Virus record (IMG/VR): IMGVR_UViG_3300044267_006876
Location: 1-24,511 of that record
Direction: 5' to 3' (one strand)
Source: a virus
Lineage: Duplodnaviria; Caudoviricetes
Length of the DNA: 24,511 nucleotides
The position numbers were made by a program, and so were the translations under genes. The notes under the pieces were generated by a model that was given only the letters and a program-made list of their open reading frames with translations, ran no database searches and was not told the origin of the DNA. Below, piece after piece: positions 14,011 to 24,511 of this stretch. The stretch's first letter is position 1. The number at the start of each line of letters is the position of its first letter.

Positions 14011-14281
14011 GAATGACGACATTAAATCCCAAGTTATGGGTGTAAATGGGGAGGACATTGTGCTCTCCCCAGCAGCCAGACAACATATTCCATACTCATT
14101 TGAGTGTAAGAATGTTGAACGATTAAATTTCTGGGACTGTATAAGTCAAACGGAAACTAACACTAAAGAACACACTGCTCCAGCATTGGTTGTAAAGAAA
14201 AACAGAAGACAACCTTATGTAGCAGTTCCATTAGATATATTTATTGAATTAATAAGGAGAAATAATGACAATAGGAAATGA
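13922..14281 (+). CDS. PD-(D/E)xK Holliday junction resolvase-like endonuclease
   Basis: SAKNKGR.LQ, GEDI, SFECKN, P.LVVKKNR motifs; GGAGG RBS. Confidence 0.8.
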   Translation: MKTRSAKNKGRKLQNLVRDKLRDAFSMILENDDIKSQVMGVNGEDIVLSPAARQHIPYSFECKNVERLNFWDCISQTETNTKEHTAPALVVKKNRRQPYVAVPLDIFIELIRRNNDNRK

Positions 14282-14450
14282 TTGGATTGGATTTTATAAA
14301 AATGGTAAAGATTTCAGTGATGATGAAAAGAATTACTGTTTAACTATATATCCATTTACATTTACTTACTTTAAAGACCCCATGCATGGAAAAGGATTGG
14401 AAATTGGAATATTTAAACTATATATTTCTGTCAGAATAGGCGAAATATAG
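14265..14450 (+). CDS. Hypothetical protein, 61 aa; last gene of the rightward block
   Basis: AAGGAG RBS. Confidence 0.65.
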   Translation: MTIGNDWIGFYKNGKDFSDDEKNYCLTIYPFTFTYFKDPMHGKGLEIGIFKLYISVRIGEI

Positions 14451-14468
14451 TCTATTCTAATCGTCCAG

Positions 14469-14498
14469 AGGGTGCAGTTTACCTTTCGGCTGCACCCT
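14469..14498. terminator. Hairpin between convergent transcription units, probable bidirectional terminator
   Basis: AGGGTGCAGTT/GGCTGCACCCT stem in the 56-nt gap between convergent stop codons. Confidence 0.7.
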
Positions 14499-14506
14499 TA
14501 CTCCAC

Positions 14507-17500
14507 CTATCTTATTAAGTCTTCTCTCCATTTATCTATTTGATGAGCACCAACATTCCTTTTCTTTTCTTCGTACCCTTCTTGTTTACGGCCATGATAA
14601 TCAAGTAGTCCTCTAGGTGGACCTTTTTTCTTTTTCTTACTAAATATAGGCATCCCTGGAACCTTTACACCAAGTACTTCTTTCTCTTGACCTATCCATT
14701 CTCTTGAATTTTTTGTCCAATCAGCAGGATATAATGCAAATGCATGTCTAAATATATCCATAGTTCTACCGTCTCTAAATGCTGGCAGTGCTTTATTTTG
14801 CATAAAACCCATGAATGTACCAAATTGCTGCCAATATGCTCTTTCTACAGCATCAGGATTTTGCCCTTCTAAATATCTATCATAACCAAATGCTATTCTT
14901 TCCCATTCACTATCTGGTAAACCCATAAATCCAGCTTGCATCATATGGAATATCATTCTATCTACTACAGGACCAGTAACTTCATTTACTAATCCATATA
15001 AATACTGATGATTATCTTTAATTGTACCATCTGCATTAAGATGATCAGGATCAGGCCCTTCAATATTAGCAATTACAGAACTTAGTTTATCTAAAGTATC
15101 ATTTTCAGCTATTCTATTTAAATCCCAATTAGTCATTATAGAAGCAAATTGAATAAAGGCATACATAGCTCCATATTTAGCTAAATACTTAGCTTCGGGT
15201 GAATCCCATTGTCTTGCCATAGCTCCATGAACTGTTCCTTTTAATTTTTGATATTGCATATCAGCTAAAAACATAGGATAATGTAGTAATCCAGTAGCTA
15301 TTGATGTAGCAAATGTAACACCAACTTCTCCTTTATTAACAATTTGATCTCCTATATTTGTTTTTTTTGTCTTGCCTGGATGGCCAGTTAAAATCCTTGC
15401 TTTAGCATGTAAAGCATACTCACCTGCAAAACTATTAACCATAAATAATGCAAGATTTGTAGCCTTATTTACCAATTTATTGGATTTATAATTTTTTAAA
15501 TCAAGAGCATCTCCTCCCATTTTAGTCCAATATTGAGGTTGTTTTTGATATGATTCCATCATTTCTATAAAGGCATATCTAAACATTCTTTTACGAACAA
15601 AATTCTCAGTTACTCTATGAAATTTTAATCCTATTTCAACAGTAGCATTTGCAACTTTTTCAAAATTTTTCCATGCTACTCCACCTTTACTCTTTGCTTC
15701 AATTTGACCTGTATCCTCATTAAATCTAAAATCTAATTTCTCTGCACCTTCTTTCGATAAAATACCATCTGTAACAAGTTCTCCAGCTATATCATCAAAT
15801 CCAAATCCCTGTTCTTTTTCTATTTGATCTAATAATGACTTATACTCAACTCCCTTTTTAAGCTTAGTAGAACTTATCCTGCCTTTGTGATATTTTTGAC
15901 GCATATTTGCCATATTAAAAGCACCCATTTCAGCAATAAAAAACTGCATACTAACAGCATTACGTATTGGTCCTGTAACTCCTCCACCCATAGCAAAAAT
16001 CGTTTCTGCTATTTTTATAGTTCTTACTGTTTTATTCATCCAATCAGGTCTATTTTGCAGCCCCTTTGTAGCAATAGTATATTCATCATCGATAAATTTA
16101 CCTAATCCTTCCATAAATTCAACACCATTTTTTTGAAAATCAGGATTAGATAATATTTTTTGCACTTTTAAATATTCTGTAGCAATAACATTTAATTTAT
16201 TAAATTGTATGGCTTGAGATCCATATTCTTGCAATACAAATAAAGGATTTTGCTGCCATCTTCTTTGAACTACATCACTTCTAGCTTTTACGTTAGCAGG
16301 AGGATTAGATTGTACCATTACCTCTAATGAAGCAGCAGCATCTGAAACTAACAAATCTATTCCAGAAGCACTTTGCGCATCTAATATTTTATTAAACTGA
16401 ACTTTCTGTGCCATCACATCAGTTAAAGCCATTTGAGGAAAATATCCACCTTCTTTCATACCAGCTTCAATTCTTTGAACAGCTTCCGTAACAGCTTTAT
16501 CAAATCTTTTTAAACTAGGCATATGGTCAGCAGCCCATTTTGCATCCTTATAAGACAGGCCTGTAGCTTTAATCCATACAGCATCTCTACTTTTTAATAA
16601 TCCTTGTTTATTAACCTCACCCATTTCATTTAAATATATCTTAGACTGTTTAGCTGCTTGGACAATATTAGCACCATAAGGTGTACCTATTCTATTTCTA
16701 ACAACACGCCCATCAGCATCTTTAGTTATTTCTAAATTAGTTCCATATACTTCTCCAGTCACGCCAGCTTTAATAACTTGATCCCATTTTGAATCAGGAG
16801 TTGTTAATAAAGTCATAAAATCTCTTATAATTGCTCCATCATCACTCGCTATTACTTTATCCATCTCTACAGATAAATTTTTCAAATCAGTAGGATCGCT
16901 AGTAATTCTTGCTTTCTTTTCTAATTTTCTAAGTTTTGTTAATGCAGGCCCACCATATCCAATACCCAATTTTTCGCCTGAAAGACCTACTGCTGAAGCT
17001 ACATCAGGTATTCTACCTTTTATATTCTTACCAGTATCTTCTATATAAGCTGCTCTAAATAATTTAGCTACAACTTTCATTTGTTGAGCTTGAAAGATCA
17101 CACTATTACGTTCATAATTCTTTACTCGATTTAACTGTTCATAAAATCGATTTCCTAATGGAGTTTTACGCATAATAGCATGAGGTATTTTAATCATACT
17201 TTCCAAATATCCTAAAGGCTTACCAAGCTGTTTCTCATGCATATCAATTTCAACTTTAATTCTTCTAACTTGGCTATCTTTTAATATAAATGTTGGGTCT
17301 ATTTCAATCATTCTATCAGCTTTTTTTGCAACATCTACTAAATTTCTATATGTATCAGTATCTTTACCAATAGCATCTAAACTATCAATTCTACCATAAG
17401 TAGTTGTAGTTAACTTTTTAGAGTTCCAATGATCTAAAATTTCCTGAACCTTACCTTCATTTTTTGTAAGTCCTGCTGTAACTAATACATTATTACAACT

Positions 17501-17527
17501 ACCTATATTAACAGTATTTCCAGCCAT
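14507..17527 (-). CDS. Large internal virion / ejection protein, 1006 aa
   Basis: AGGAGG RBS; follows the vRNAP-like gene; C-terminal ENFVRKRMF...A..MVN...GEY...LLHYP pattern and hydrophobic helices resemble podovirus ejection (T7 gp16-like) C-terminal regions; a single Cys. Confidence 0.55.
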   Translation of the reverse strand: MAGNTVNIGSCNNVLVTAGLTKNEGKVQEILDHWNSKKLTTTTYGRIDSLDAIGKDTDTYRNLVDVAKKADRMIEIDPTFILKDSQVRRIKVEIDMHEKQLGKPLGYLESMIKIPHAIMRKTPLGNRFYEQLNRVKNYERNSVIFQAQQMKVVAKLFRAAYIEDTGKNIKGRIPDVASAVGLSGEKLGIGYGGPALTKLRKLEKKARITSDPTDLKNLSVEMDKVIASDDGAIIRDFMTLLTTPDSKWDQVIKAGVTGEVYGTNLEITKDADGRVVRNRIGTPYGANIVQAAKQSKIYLNEMGEVNKQGLLKSRDAVWIKATGLSYKDAKWAADHMPSLKRFDKAVTEAVQRIEAGMKEGGYFPQMALTDVMAQKVQFNKILDAQSASGIDLLVSDAAASLEVMVQSNPPANVKARSDVVQRRWQQNPLFVLQEYGSQAIQFNKLNVIATEYLKVQKILSNPDFQKNGVEFMEGLGKFIDDEYTIATKGLQNRPDWMNKTVRTIKIAETIFAMGGGVTGPIRNAVSMQFFIAEMGAFNMANMRQKYHKGRISSTKLKKGVEYKSLLDQIEKEQGFGFDDIAGELVTDGILSKEGAEKLDFRFNEDTGQIEAKSKGGVAWKNFEKVANATVEIGLKFHRVTENFVRKRMFRYAFIEMMESYQKQPQYWTKMGGDALDLKNYKSNKLVNKATNLALFMVNSFAGEYALHAKARILTGHPGKTKKTNIGDQIVNKGEVGVTFATSIATGLLHYPMFLADMQYQKLKGTVHGAMARQWDSPEAKYLAKYGAMYAFIQFASIMTNWDLNRIAENDTLDKLSSVIANIEGPDPDHLNADGTIKDNHQYLYGLVNEVTGPVVDRMIFHMMQAGFMGLPDSEWERIAFGYDRYLEGQNPDAVERAYWQQFGTFMGFMQNKALPAFRDGRTMDIFRHAFALYPADWTKNSREWIGQEKEVLGVKVPGMPIFSKKKKKGPPRGLLDYHGRKQEGYEEKKRNVGAHQIDKWREDLIR

Positions 17528-17535
17528 TTAACCTC

Positions 17536-20500
17536 CTAATTACATCCATCCAAATCGACTCTTTTCTTGTCAATTTTCTTAAATCTTTGTTTTTTATTAT
17601 TAGCATCCCGTTTCTCATAAATTGGTCCATCAGCCAAATCATTACGTATGATATTTTCTACAGCTGGATCAATCCATCCCAGATCCCACATTATAGATTT
17701 CACAAGATTTCCATGCTCTTCAGATAAACTTTCAAATGGTTTTTGAGTAATACCTGAAGCATTTTTATGTGATTGAACAATTAAATCATTATGCTCATCT
17801 GCACCTTTATACCCACGATAAACTTTAACATTATTTCTCTGTAATGCAAATATATCATCCAATCCAGATGGAAAAGTACCATCTTTTGCTATAACTTCTA
17901 TTTCTTGTAAATATTTAATCACAGAACTTTGCAATCTAGTATTCATTGATAAGTAAGGTAATTGCATACCTTCTACCTGAACATAAGATCCTCCAACAGG
18001 TTGAGGCTTGAATAAAGCTTTAACCAACTCAAGACCAACTTCACCCTTATCAAATTTCGTGTCTACAATTTCTCCATGTTGATTACGTTGAATAGCTTTG
18101 TATTCAATAAAAAACTTTTCTATCTCTGCTCTGTCAATAAGGGCAGCCTCTTCATAAGCTAAATCTTTATATGCTGGATCTTTTTTCATTACTTCCCTGG
18201 TATATGCATAATCACTATTTATTGTTTGATGTAGATTATATACTTTGTCCCAAAACAACTCTCCATCTAATCTAGTTTGATAAATTTTATGAAACATTTT
18301 TGTATCTTCAATAGCATGCCATAATCCTAATGCATGTGTAGATTCATTGTCACCTACAAATCTACGTACAATAGGTGTTTTTACTTCAATATAAGTATAT
18401 CCTCTAGTAACATCATAAGTTTTATCTCTATTAACAGGCCCTAAATACTTTAAATCTCTAAAATCTTGTTGAACTAAATCTTCTCTTGAAAAACCAGTCC
18501 TATTCCCTTTAGTATTTTTAATTCTGTAGAGATGGATTGTTCTACCAGAATTATTAGTAAATACTCCATGATTCTTATATTTACTATTAAATACTTTACT
18601 ACCTATCCATAAATCTTTATTCACCAATCCCTGCATAGATTTCTTATCTAAAACTTTTAAAGCACTCTCTACATCACCTAGCCTGCTTTGAAGATTATCA
18701 AACTCAAATGTATTTACTTTAAAAGGAGAGCCAGATTCTTTAGCGATAGCAAACCTTAATCCATTAGCCTCTTTCAATAAAACATGATATACTGCTGATC
18801 GAATTTCAACATTTCTAAAATCTGCAGTTTTCTTCTTTTGCCGTTTGTCTAAAAGTTCTAATTCAAAATAGGTCTCACTTGTAGAATCATCCATATTTAG
18901 AACTGGTTCTTCACCAACATAAGCTTTAAATACATTAATTCTACTAACTAAATTTTCAGCTCTTAATAATATTTTAGATACTGTTTGATTTCCATTAGCA
19001 GCCTTCCATTCTTTATCTGCAATCTCACCCCAATAATCTCTATCTACCAATAATTTTTTTTCTTGTAATTTTGTTAACGCAAATCCAGCGTCATCATATG
19101 CAAGTAAATCTTTCCAATTTTTATATCCAGTCCCTACCCTTTTAGTAATACCATTTTTAATAGTAATAATACTATTTACAGGATCAGGTACTCTTGCGCC
19201 TTTCCATATAGGCTTCAAAAAATCATTTATCTTTTTAGAATCTTTAAAGAAATCGATATTATTGGTAGCATCATCATTATAAAACATATCTAATATTTGT
19301 TTTATCATAGGCTTATCACCTTTATATTTAAAAATCAGATTATTAACAATATAACTATTAGGATTCTCAACTAATGCTCTCATATTACCAAAAACTGTTT
19401 TTAAATGCCAGTCTGTAGGAGTATACTGACCTCCTTCATTATAAGGGTCTGTAAATATCTGACTAGCTTTCCTAAGTGTTCTTACAACAATATCGCTAAT
19501 ATCTTGATTTAATCGAATTTGACTCTCACTATGTGCAGAAGAAGATTTAGATTGTGGTGATGACAGATCTGCATCTCCTGAATGAAATCTAAAAGGTTTA
19601 TTATTAGACATCACTCCATCAAATGTATATCCTTGTGCAGCTAAATTATTTGCAACCTCTGGTGGTAAATCTCCATACATATATGCTCTATATATATGCT
19701 GTGCTATTTCAGAAGGCGACCAGAAATCAACAGCATTTTGATTAATATTAGCTATTTGTCTAGCCACTCCAGCGTTCTCTGATTCAGACCAATCTTTTAT
19801 CCCATCAATATCTGAAAAATTTCTAAATGATGTATCGTCTTGAGCTGTTCTTAGGTCCTTTACACCTCTACCAGATCTGCTAAAATTAAACTCAAATCCC
19901 ATATTATTAGCCCAATTTACAACTTGTTTTAAAGCAATTGTCTCACCAATAGCAAATTGATTGCTACGTATCTGATTCTTTAAATGAGTAAATCCAACCT
20001 CATCAGGACTTGCTCCAACAATTCCATTAACAATTCCTAAAGGATTTGACTCAAATGGTGTTTCAGGAAACGGACTATAATCTCGTATAGTACCCATCCT
20101 TCTAATATGCCAATCTACATTTTCACTAGGCATACCATAATAATGATATCCATGATCTCCATCCCAATCTCTTTGATGCATTACCCTTAAATCATGATTA
20201 TTTAATATACTATGATTACCAAATTCTTTAGGTAAAAATTCTTTAACTCTATTAAATCCTACATCAAAACTTTTTTTAGGAATTGCTAAAGTACTCATAC
20301 CTAATCCAAGTTTTGTTTTCTTCATATCAGTTTTTAATTTTTTTATAAATTCTACTGTTTCTTTAATCTTAGATGCTTTGTTAGTTCTCTTTAATTCCTT
20401 TATATATGCAGTTTCTAGACTCTCTAAAACTCTAGCTCCAGTATTTCTATCCACAGTCATATATTTACCAGTACTAATAATACTTAAGATACCTTCATTA

Positions 20501-23500
20501 GTTAATTGAGACTTATCTACAGAAGCATCAGTCAGTATATTTTTAAAAATTGATCCTACAGTCTCCATAAAAGCAGCATAATGTTTATTTTCAGAAATAT
20601 CTGTTAATTTATTGTCTTTATCATCACCTTTTAAAAACCATCTTTCTGCTTTCAAGTCTTTCTTAGCAGCCATAACATCATATAATGCATCTGTAATATC
20701 TATTTTACCATCTTCTCTAACCCTAAATCTAATATCCCGACCTTCATAATCTATCACAAAATCTATATCTTCTATTCTTTCAATTCTTTGTTTACCCATA
20801 TGATGAGGCATAGAAGTATCCCCAAATTTTACTACAACTCTATGTTGTGGTACATCTGCTCCATCATTCCTTCGATAAAGCTCTGGATTATTAGTATAAA
20901 TATTCCTAAATGCAGTAGGTCTATGGGTATTTTCAATATCTGCAATTAAATACGTATCTGCGCCTGTTTTTATATTATGTCTTCTAATTACATCAAATAT
21001 ATGTCCTCTAAATAAACTTAAAGTAGCCTGTCTTATAATAGGATTATGATGTGATACTAATCCTGACCGTAACAAACCTTCCGCCATACTATATCCGCCA
21101 TCTGTAAAATCATAACCCGTTTCATCTACAGCGGCTCTAAAAAATGCTAAGGCTTGTTCGTGAGCTTCAAATTTTTCCCAGTTAGTCTTTCTTTTGCTTA
21201 ATTGTTCTATACGGCTAGATAACTCAGTCCAAATTCTATTCTTTAGAATAGTTCCTTTACCCATATTATCATTTAAGCTTTGAGTAAAAAATACCCCATC
21301 CTTGGGTTCTGCCATATGACCTATTCCAATAGATTTAAATGGAACAGTAATTACCCCTTCCTTAGTATTGGACGGTATTGTTTCTAATTTTTGCATTAAA
21401 CTTAATTCTGCCTGTTCAGGAGTAAACTTGTAAGGTTCTAGTTTGCCTGGACGAACTGCTCCACTTTCCATCTTACCATAGAATGATTTTGCAGCACTTT
21501 CTCCCATAACAATAGTTGTTTCACCTAAATCAATATTATTATTCGCAGTTATACGAGGATTGTGCTGCCAATATCCCTTGCTAATAACACCTTTTGCTTC
21601 AGGTCCTAAAATACCCCCTGAATTGGCAATATTATTCTTAAATCCATTACCATTTACATCTCCATGCATAGATCCCATTAAATAAGCTATATCAGGATCA
21701 ATAATTAATACACCTCCATCAAGCATAGATGTATTTAAACTTTCTAGATTGTTATTCTCTTCTATAGACTGTCTGGCTGTTTCTTTCTCAAAAGCAGTAG
21801 AATTTGGATCATCTAAAATATCCTGATGATGTTTATTAACAGCATCCCTACTTCTAAATCCATCTTTAACTGTCTGATCTTTGGTTCTTTTAAATGCCTC
21901 ATCAGAAATAACTTGTATTTTAACTCCATTTGTTAAGAATTTATCAGCTACACGTCTTAAAACTGGATCTACTCCTTCAAAATCTCTTAATAAACCCAAG
22001 TAATGATCATCAACATATGAATAGTTTTCATTAATAGCTTGAGTACTTACCTTTAATAACTTAGTATATAATTGATTACGTGCTGTTAAATTTTCTGCTG
22101 AAAAATGCTCAGGAGTAAACATCTTTTGAAATCCTTCAGCATTAATATGATGCATATTCATTAATAACATTTTTACTTCTATATTTAACCCTGAATCATC
22201 AGCATTCAAACGTTCAGTAGATTTTTCAAAATTAGCACGTGCTCTGGCATCTGTCATAGTCTCAAGCATAGCATCTCTCCAAATCTTAAATCCATCAGTA
22301 ATCTGCCTTCTATTATGTGTTGTTAAAGGAACTACAATAGGATTCCCAGCATTCATATCAAGAATAGCATATTCTGTTACAGTATTAGTTTTTTCTGCAT
22401 TTTCAGATATTAATGTACGTACTTCATCATCACTTTTCGCTTTAGCAATCTTAGCTAATATTTCAGGATTTGCATGATCATTCTGTACAAGTAAATCCAT
22501 CATCTGTGTTTTTGTTAATTTTGCAAGATTTAAAGTTGTTTTTCTCCCATTATATATAATAGCATCACTTAAAGCTCCTACAAACTCTAAGTCTAAAGTT
22601 TGCATGAAATCTGATGATAATCCCCCAATAGTAGGTTTACTAATATTACTATGATTAACTTCTATCATATTATCTTTAATTGTATAAGATGTGGTCAAAT
22701 CAAGTTTAGTTGCAATATTTCTAAGTAATACAGGGAACTCTGCTATAAACTTACCCATATCTTCCTGAACAACTCTAGAACGTTCAATAGGAGCTAATTC
22801 GCCATGTTTACGATGTAATGCTGATTCTGCAAATAACACTATCTCATCTATTTGACTTTTACGTATAGCTTGTTCTATCTGTAGTCTTTGACCTGGAGTC
22901 ACATCAACACCACCACCAGATAGTGCTCTATTTTTAGCATCAGAATCCCAATTTCTAATAATATAATCTTTTATATCTCCATCTGTAAGCTTTAAACCAC
23001 CCTTTTTAACCAAAGAAATAAATTCTTCATCGATAGTATTAGGATTTTCAGGATCTTGCAAATTATACCTTTTCATCACTTTAATTGGAGTACTATTTTT
23101 AGCATGCGCAGCTCTTTGAACTAACAATTCTTCTATAGCTCCTTGAAGCTCTTTTTGATCTGCTTTATATTCTCTTAAATGTTTTGCAGTAGCAGTAATT
23201 TGTTGAGTTTTATATAATACTTCGTAAAGTTCATCTAAACTTCTATGTTTAACATATTCTTGAATTGCGTCTTCCAAATTACTTACACTAGTATTGTCTC
23301 CTGTATGCTTCATCAATTCTGACATTAAATTCTCTTTCATCATCAACATTCTACCTTTTCCAGTAGTAGTATTATACAAAGACATTAATTTAGTCATAAT
23401 TTCATTTACTCTTAATTGACTTGAACGTTCAACTCCTGCTAATTCTTGAATAGATGCCCCTATACTCATCTGTGAATCTAAAACATTTTGAGTAGAAATT

Positions 23501-24510
23501 TGCCCTTTGTTATACATATCAACCATATTTTCTAAATCAAGCATAATTTTTTGCCTCATACCCTTAAACTGAGGATTACCACCTATAGTAGTTTGTATTT
23601 TATTTAATACTTCTTCAACTCTCAAATACAGTGTTTCTACAGCTTTAGCAGTTATTTCCTGAGCTGTAAAACCTTCCAAGCCACCTGGTCCACCTGGAAC
23701 TGCTCCGCTTAATCCAATTTCTGCAAACTCCTGTACAATCTCATTAATTTCTATACCAAGTTGTTCTAACTGTTCAGGTTTACCAGAAGTCTCTAATACT
23801 TTTAAAACCTCTTTTAATTCTCTATGAATTTTATGAGAAGCACCTTTTTTAGATACTTCATATACTGAATCAATACCCTTTTTATTAGCCATATATAAGG
23901 TTCCATCAGTAGGTATAGCCTTAACAGTTTGTATTTCAGGAGCTCTAGTAAATTTTCTTAAAATATAACTATATCTTTTTAATGTTCTTGCAAGTTCTTC
24001 CCCTTCTAATCCATCAAGTTTTAATTTCTTTTCCATAGCATCTAAAGAAAGCATTCTTTTATCGCCCATATCAAATAAACCATTCTCTTTAGCTTCCCAT
24101 ACCATTGCTAAATCTTCTTCGGTAAATTTCATACCTTCTAATGTTCTTCTTGCTACATAATCTGCTAAACTAGTTTTAAATCCATATTTATAAAATCCTT
24201 CTGAAGGAAATTTTAATCCTATTTTTTCTTGAGCTCTTAATAATTCTTTAGCTTCTTCCATCGTAATCTCATTACGAACATCATCTGGAGCTACATTTTT
24301 CGCATTTCCAGCCTTAATCCATTCAAAAGATTCATTTATTTGTTGCTGTAAGTCATTAACTGCAGCTTCTTTTTCAGGTAAATCCTTACTATTCTTTTTC
24401 TCTTCTTCTGTTAATGTCACTTTAGGAGCTCTTTTAAGTATAAGGCCTGAATATTGTTTAGCAATACCAAAATTCTTAGTCTTATCTTCCCTCTTATCCC
24501 TCTCTCCTCT
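17536..24510 (-). CDS. Giant virion protein with a double-psi-beta-barrel RNA polymerase module (5'-truncated, >2320 aa)
   Basis: Frame stays open beyond 24420 to the window edge. DWDGD metal-binding motif (20155-20169) preceded by AIP...VKEFLP..FGN; upstream LDGG...FK...SKG...ESAAK; downstream QNAVD. Motif order matches QDE-1/YonO/crAss-type single-chain RNAPs. Confidence 0.75.
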   Translation of the reverse strand, partial: RGERDKREDKTKNFGIAKQYSGLILKRAPKVTLTEEEKKNSKDLPEKEAAVNDLQQQINESFEWIKAGNAKNVAPDDVRNEITMEEAKELLRAQEKIGLKFPSEGFYKYGFKTSLADYVARRTLEGMKFTEEDLAMVWEAKENGLFDMGDKRMLSLDAMEKKLKLDGLEGEELARTLKRYSYILRKFTRAPEIQTVKAIPTDGTLYMANKKGIDSVYEVSKKGASHKIHRELKEVLKVLETSGKPEQLEQLGIEINEIVQEFAEIGLSGAVPGGPGGLEGFTAQEITAKAVETLYLRVEEVLNKIQTTIGGNPQFKGMRQKIMLDLENMVDMYNKGQISTQNVLDSQMSIGASIQELAGVERSSQLRVNEIMTKLMSLYNTTTGKGRMLMMKENLMSELMKHTGDNTSVSNLEDAIQEYVKHRSLDELYEVLYKTQQITATAKHLREYKADQKELQGAIEELLVQRAAHAKNSTPIKVMKRYNLQDPENPNTIDEEFISLVKKGGLKLTDGDIKDYIIRNWDSDAKNRALSGGGVDVTPGQRLQIEQAIRKSQIDEIVLFAESALHRKHGELAPIERSRVVQEDMGKFIAEFPVLLRNIATKLDLTTSYTIKDNMIEVNHSNISKPTIGGLSSDFMQTLDLEFVGALSDAIIYNGRKTTLNLAKLTKTQMMDLLVQNDHANPEILAKIAKAKSDDEVRTLISENAEKTNTVTEYAILDMNAGNPIVVPLTTHNRRQITDGFKIWRDAMLETMTDARARANFEKSTERLNADDSGLNIEVKMLLMNMHHINAEGFQKMFTPEHFSAENLTARNQLYTKLLKVSTQAINENYSYVDDHYLGLLRDFEGVDPVLRRVADKFLTNGVKIQVISDEAFKRTKDQTVKDGFRSRDAVNKHHQDILDDPNSTAFEKETARQSIEENNNLESLNTSMLDGGVLIIDPDIAYLMGSMHGDVNGNGFKNNIANSGGILGPEAKGVISKGYWQHNPRITANNNIDLGETTIVMGESAAKSFYGKMESGAVRPGKLEPYKFTPEQAELSLMQKLETIPSNTKEGVITVPFKSIGIGHMAEPKDGVFFTQSLNDNMGKGTILKNRIWTELSSRIEQLSKRKTNWEKFEAHEQALAFFRAAVDETGYDFTDGGYSMAEGLLRSGLVSHHNPIIRQATLSLFRGHIFDVIRRHNIKTGADTYLIADIENTHRPTAFRNIYTNNPELYRRNDGADVPQHRVVVKFGDTSMPHHMGKQRIERIEDIDFVIDYEGRDIRFRVREDGKIDITDALYDVMAAKKDLKAERWFLKGDDKDNKLTDISENKHYAAFMETVGSIFKNILTDASVDKSQLTNEGILSIISTGKYMTVDRNTGARVLESLETAYIKELKRTNKASKIKETVEFIKKLKTDMKKTKLGLGMSTLAIPKKSFDVGFNRVKEFLPKEFGNHSILNNHDLRVMHQRDWDGDHGYHYYGMPSENVDWHIRRMGTIRDYSPFPETPFESNPLGIVNGIVGASPDEVGFTHLKNQIRSNQFAIGETIALKQVVNWANNMGFEFNFSRSGRGVKDLRTAQDDTSFRNFSDIDGIKDWSESENAGVARQIANINQNAVDFWSPSEIAQHIYRAYMYGDLPPEVANNLAAQGYTFDGVMSNNKPFRFHSGDADLSSPQSKSSSAHSESQIRLNQDISDIVVRTLRKASQIFTDPYNEGGQYTPTDWHLKTVFGNMRALVENPNSYIVNNLIFKYKGDKPMIKQILDMFYNDDATNNIDFFKDSKKINDFLKPIWKGARVPDPVNSIITIKNGITKRVGTGYKNWKDLLAYDDAGFALTKLQEKKLLVDRDYWGEIADKEWKAANGNQTVSKILLRAENLVSRINVFKAYVGEEPVLNMDDSTSETYFELELLDKRQKKKTADFRNVEIRSAVYHVLLKEANGLRFAIAKESGSPFKVNTFEFDNLQSRLGDVESALKVLDKKSMQGLVNKDLWIGSKVFNSKYKNHGVFTNNSGRTIHLYRIKNTKGNRTGFSREDLVQQDFRDLKYLGPVNRDKTYDVTRGYTYIEVKTPIVRRFVGDNESTHALGLWHAIEDTKMFHKIYQTRLDGELFWDKVYNLHQTINSDYAYTREVMKKDPAYKDLAYEEAALIDRAEIEKFFIEYKAIQRNQHGEIVDTKFDKGEVGLELVKALFKPQPVGGSYVQVEGMQLPYLSMNTRLQSSVIKYLQEIEVIAKDGTFPSGLDDIFALQRNNVKVYRGYKGADEHNDLIVQSHKNASGITQKPFESLSEEHGNLVKSIMWDLGWIDPAVENIIRNDLADGPIYEKRDANNKKQRFKKIDKKRVDLDGCN

Positions 24511-24511
24511 C

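Noticed and set aside
9528-16105. Nested or antisense ORFs 9528-9710, 11405-11686, 13217-13405, 13849-14058, 15887-16105
   Set aside because: Lie within or opposite longer motif-bearing genes; no independent support.
24418-24420. GTG at 24420 as the true start of the giant protein
   Set aside because: The frame stays open to the window edge with no RBS near this GTG; the gene starts outside the window.
1-24511. Stop-codon reassignment as in some crAss-like phages
   Set aside because: Genes are long and tightly packed under the standard code; TAG, TGA and TAA all occur as real stops followed by an RBS or coupled start.

Overview
AT-rich dsDNA bacteriophage fragment with strong AGGAGG-type ribosome-binding sites. 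It has three blocks. (1) Leftward late genes at 1-2575: small hypothetical proteins, a GH108 lysozyme and a terminase-small-subunit-like protein. (2) A complete rightward early/middle block at 2774-14450, bounded by a divergent promoter region and a convergent hairpin. It holds small early ORFs, several hairpin-dense intergenic regions, a four-gene ubiquitin-like conjugation cassette (Ubl with masked GG, a large E2-like protein, a JAB/JAMM peptidase, a ThiF/E1), and a replication/recombination module (circularly permuted Sak4/AAA_24 ATPase, SSB-like protein, AEP primase-SF4 helicase fusion, PD-(D/E)xK resolvase) with no recognisable DNA polymerase. (3) Leftward giant virion/ejection genes at 14507-24511: a >2300-aa protein with double-psi-barrel RNA polymerase motifs (DWDGD) and a 1006-aa internal-virion-like protein. 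The top candidate for a new system is the phage-encoded ubiquitination pathway. Other notable points are the permuted P-loop ATPase, the single terminal cysteines of the two giant proteins, and candidate structured ncRNAs. All calls come from reading motifs by eye; no searches were run.
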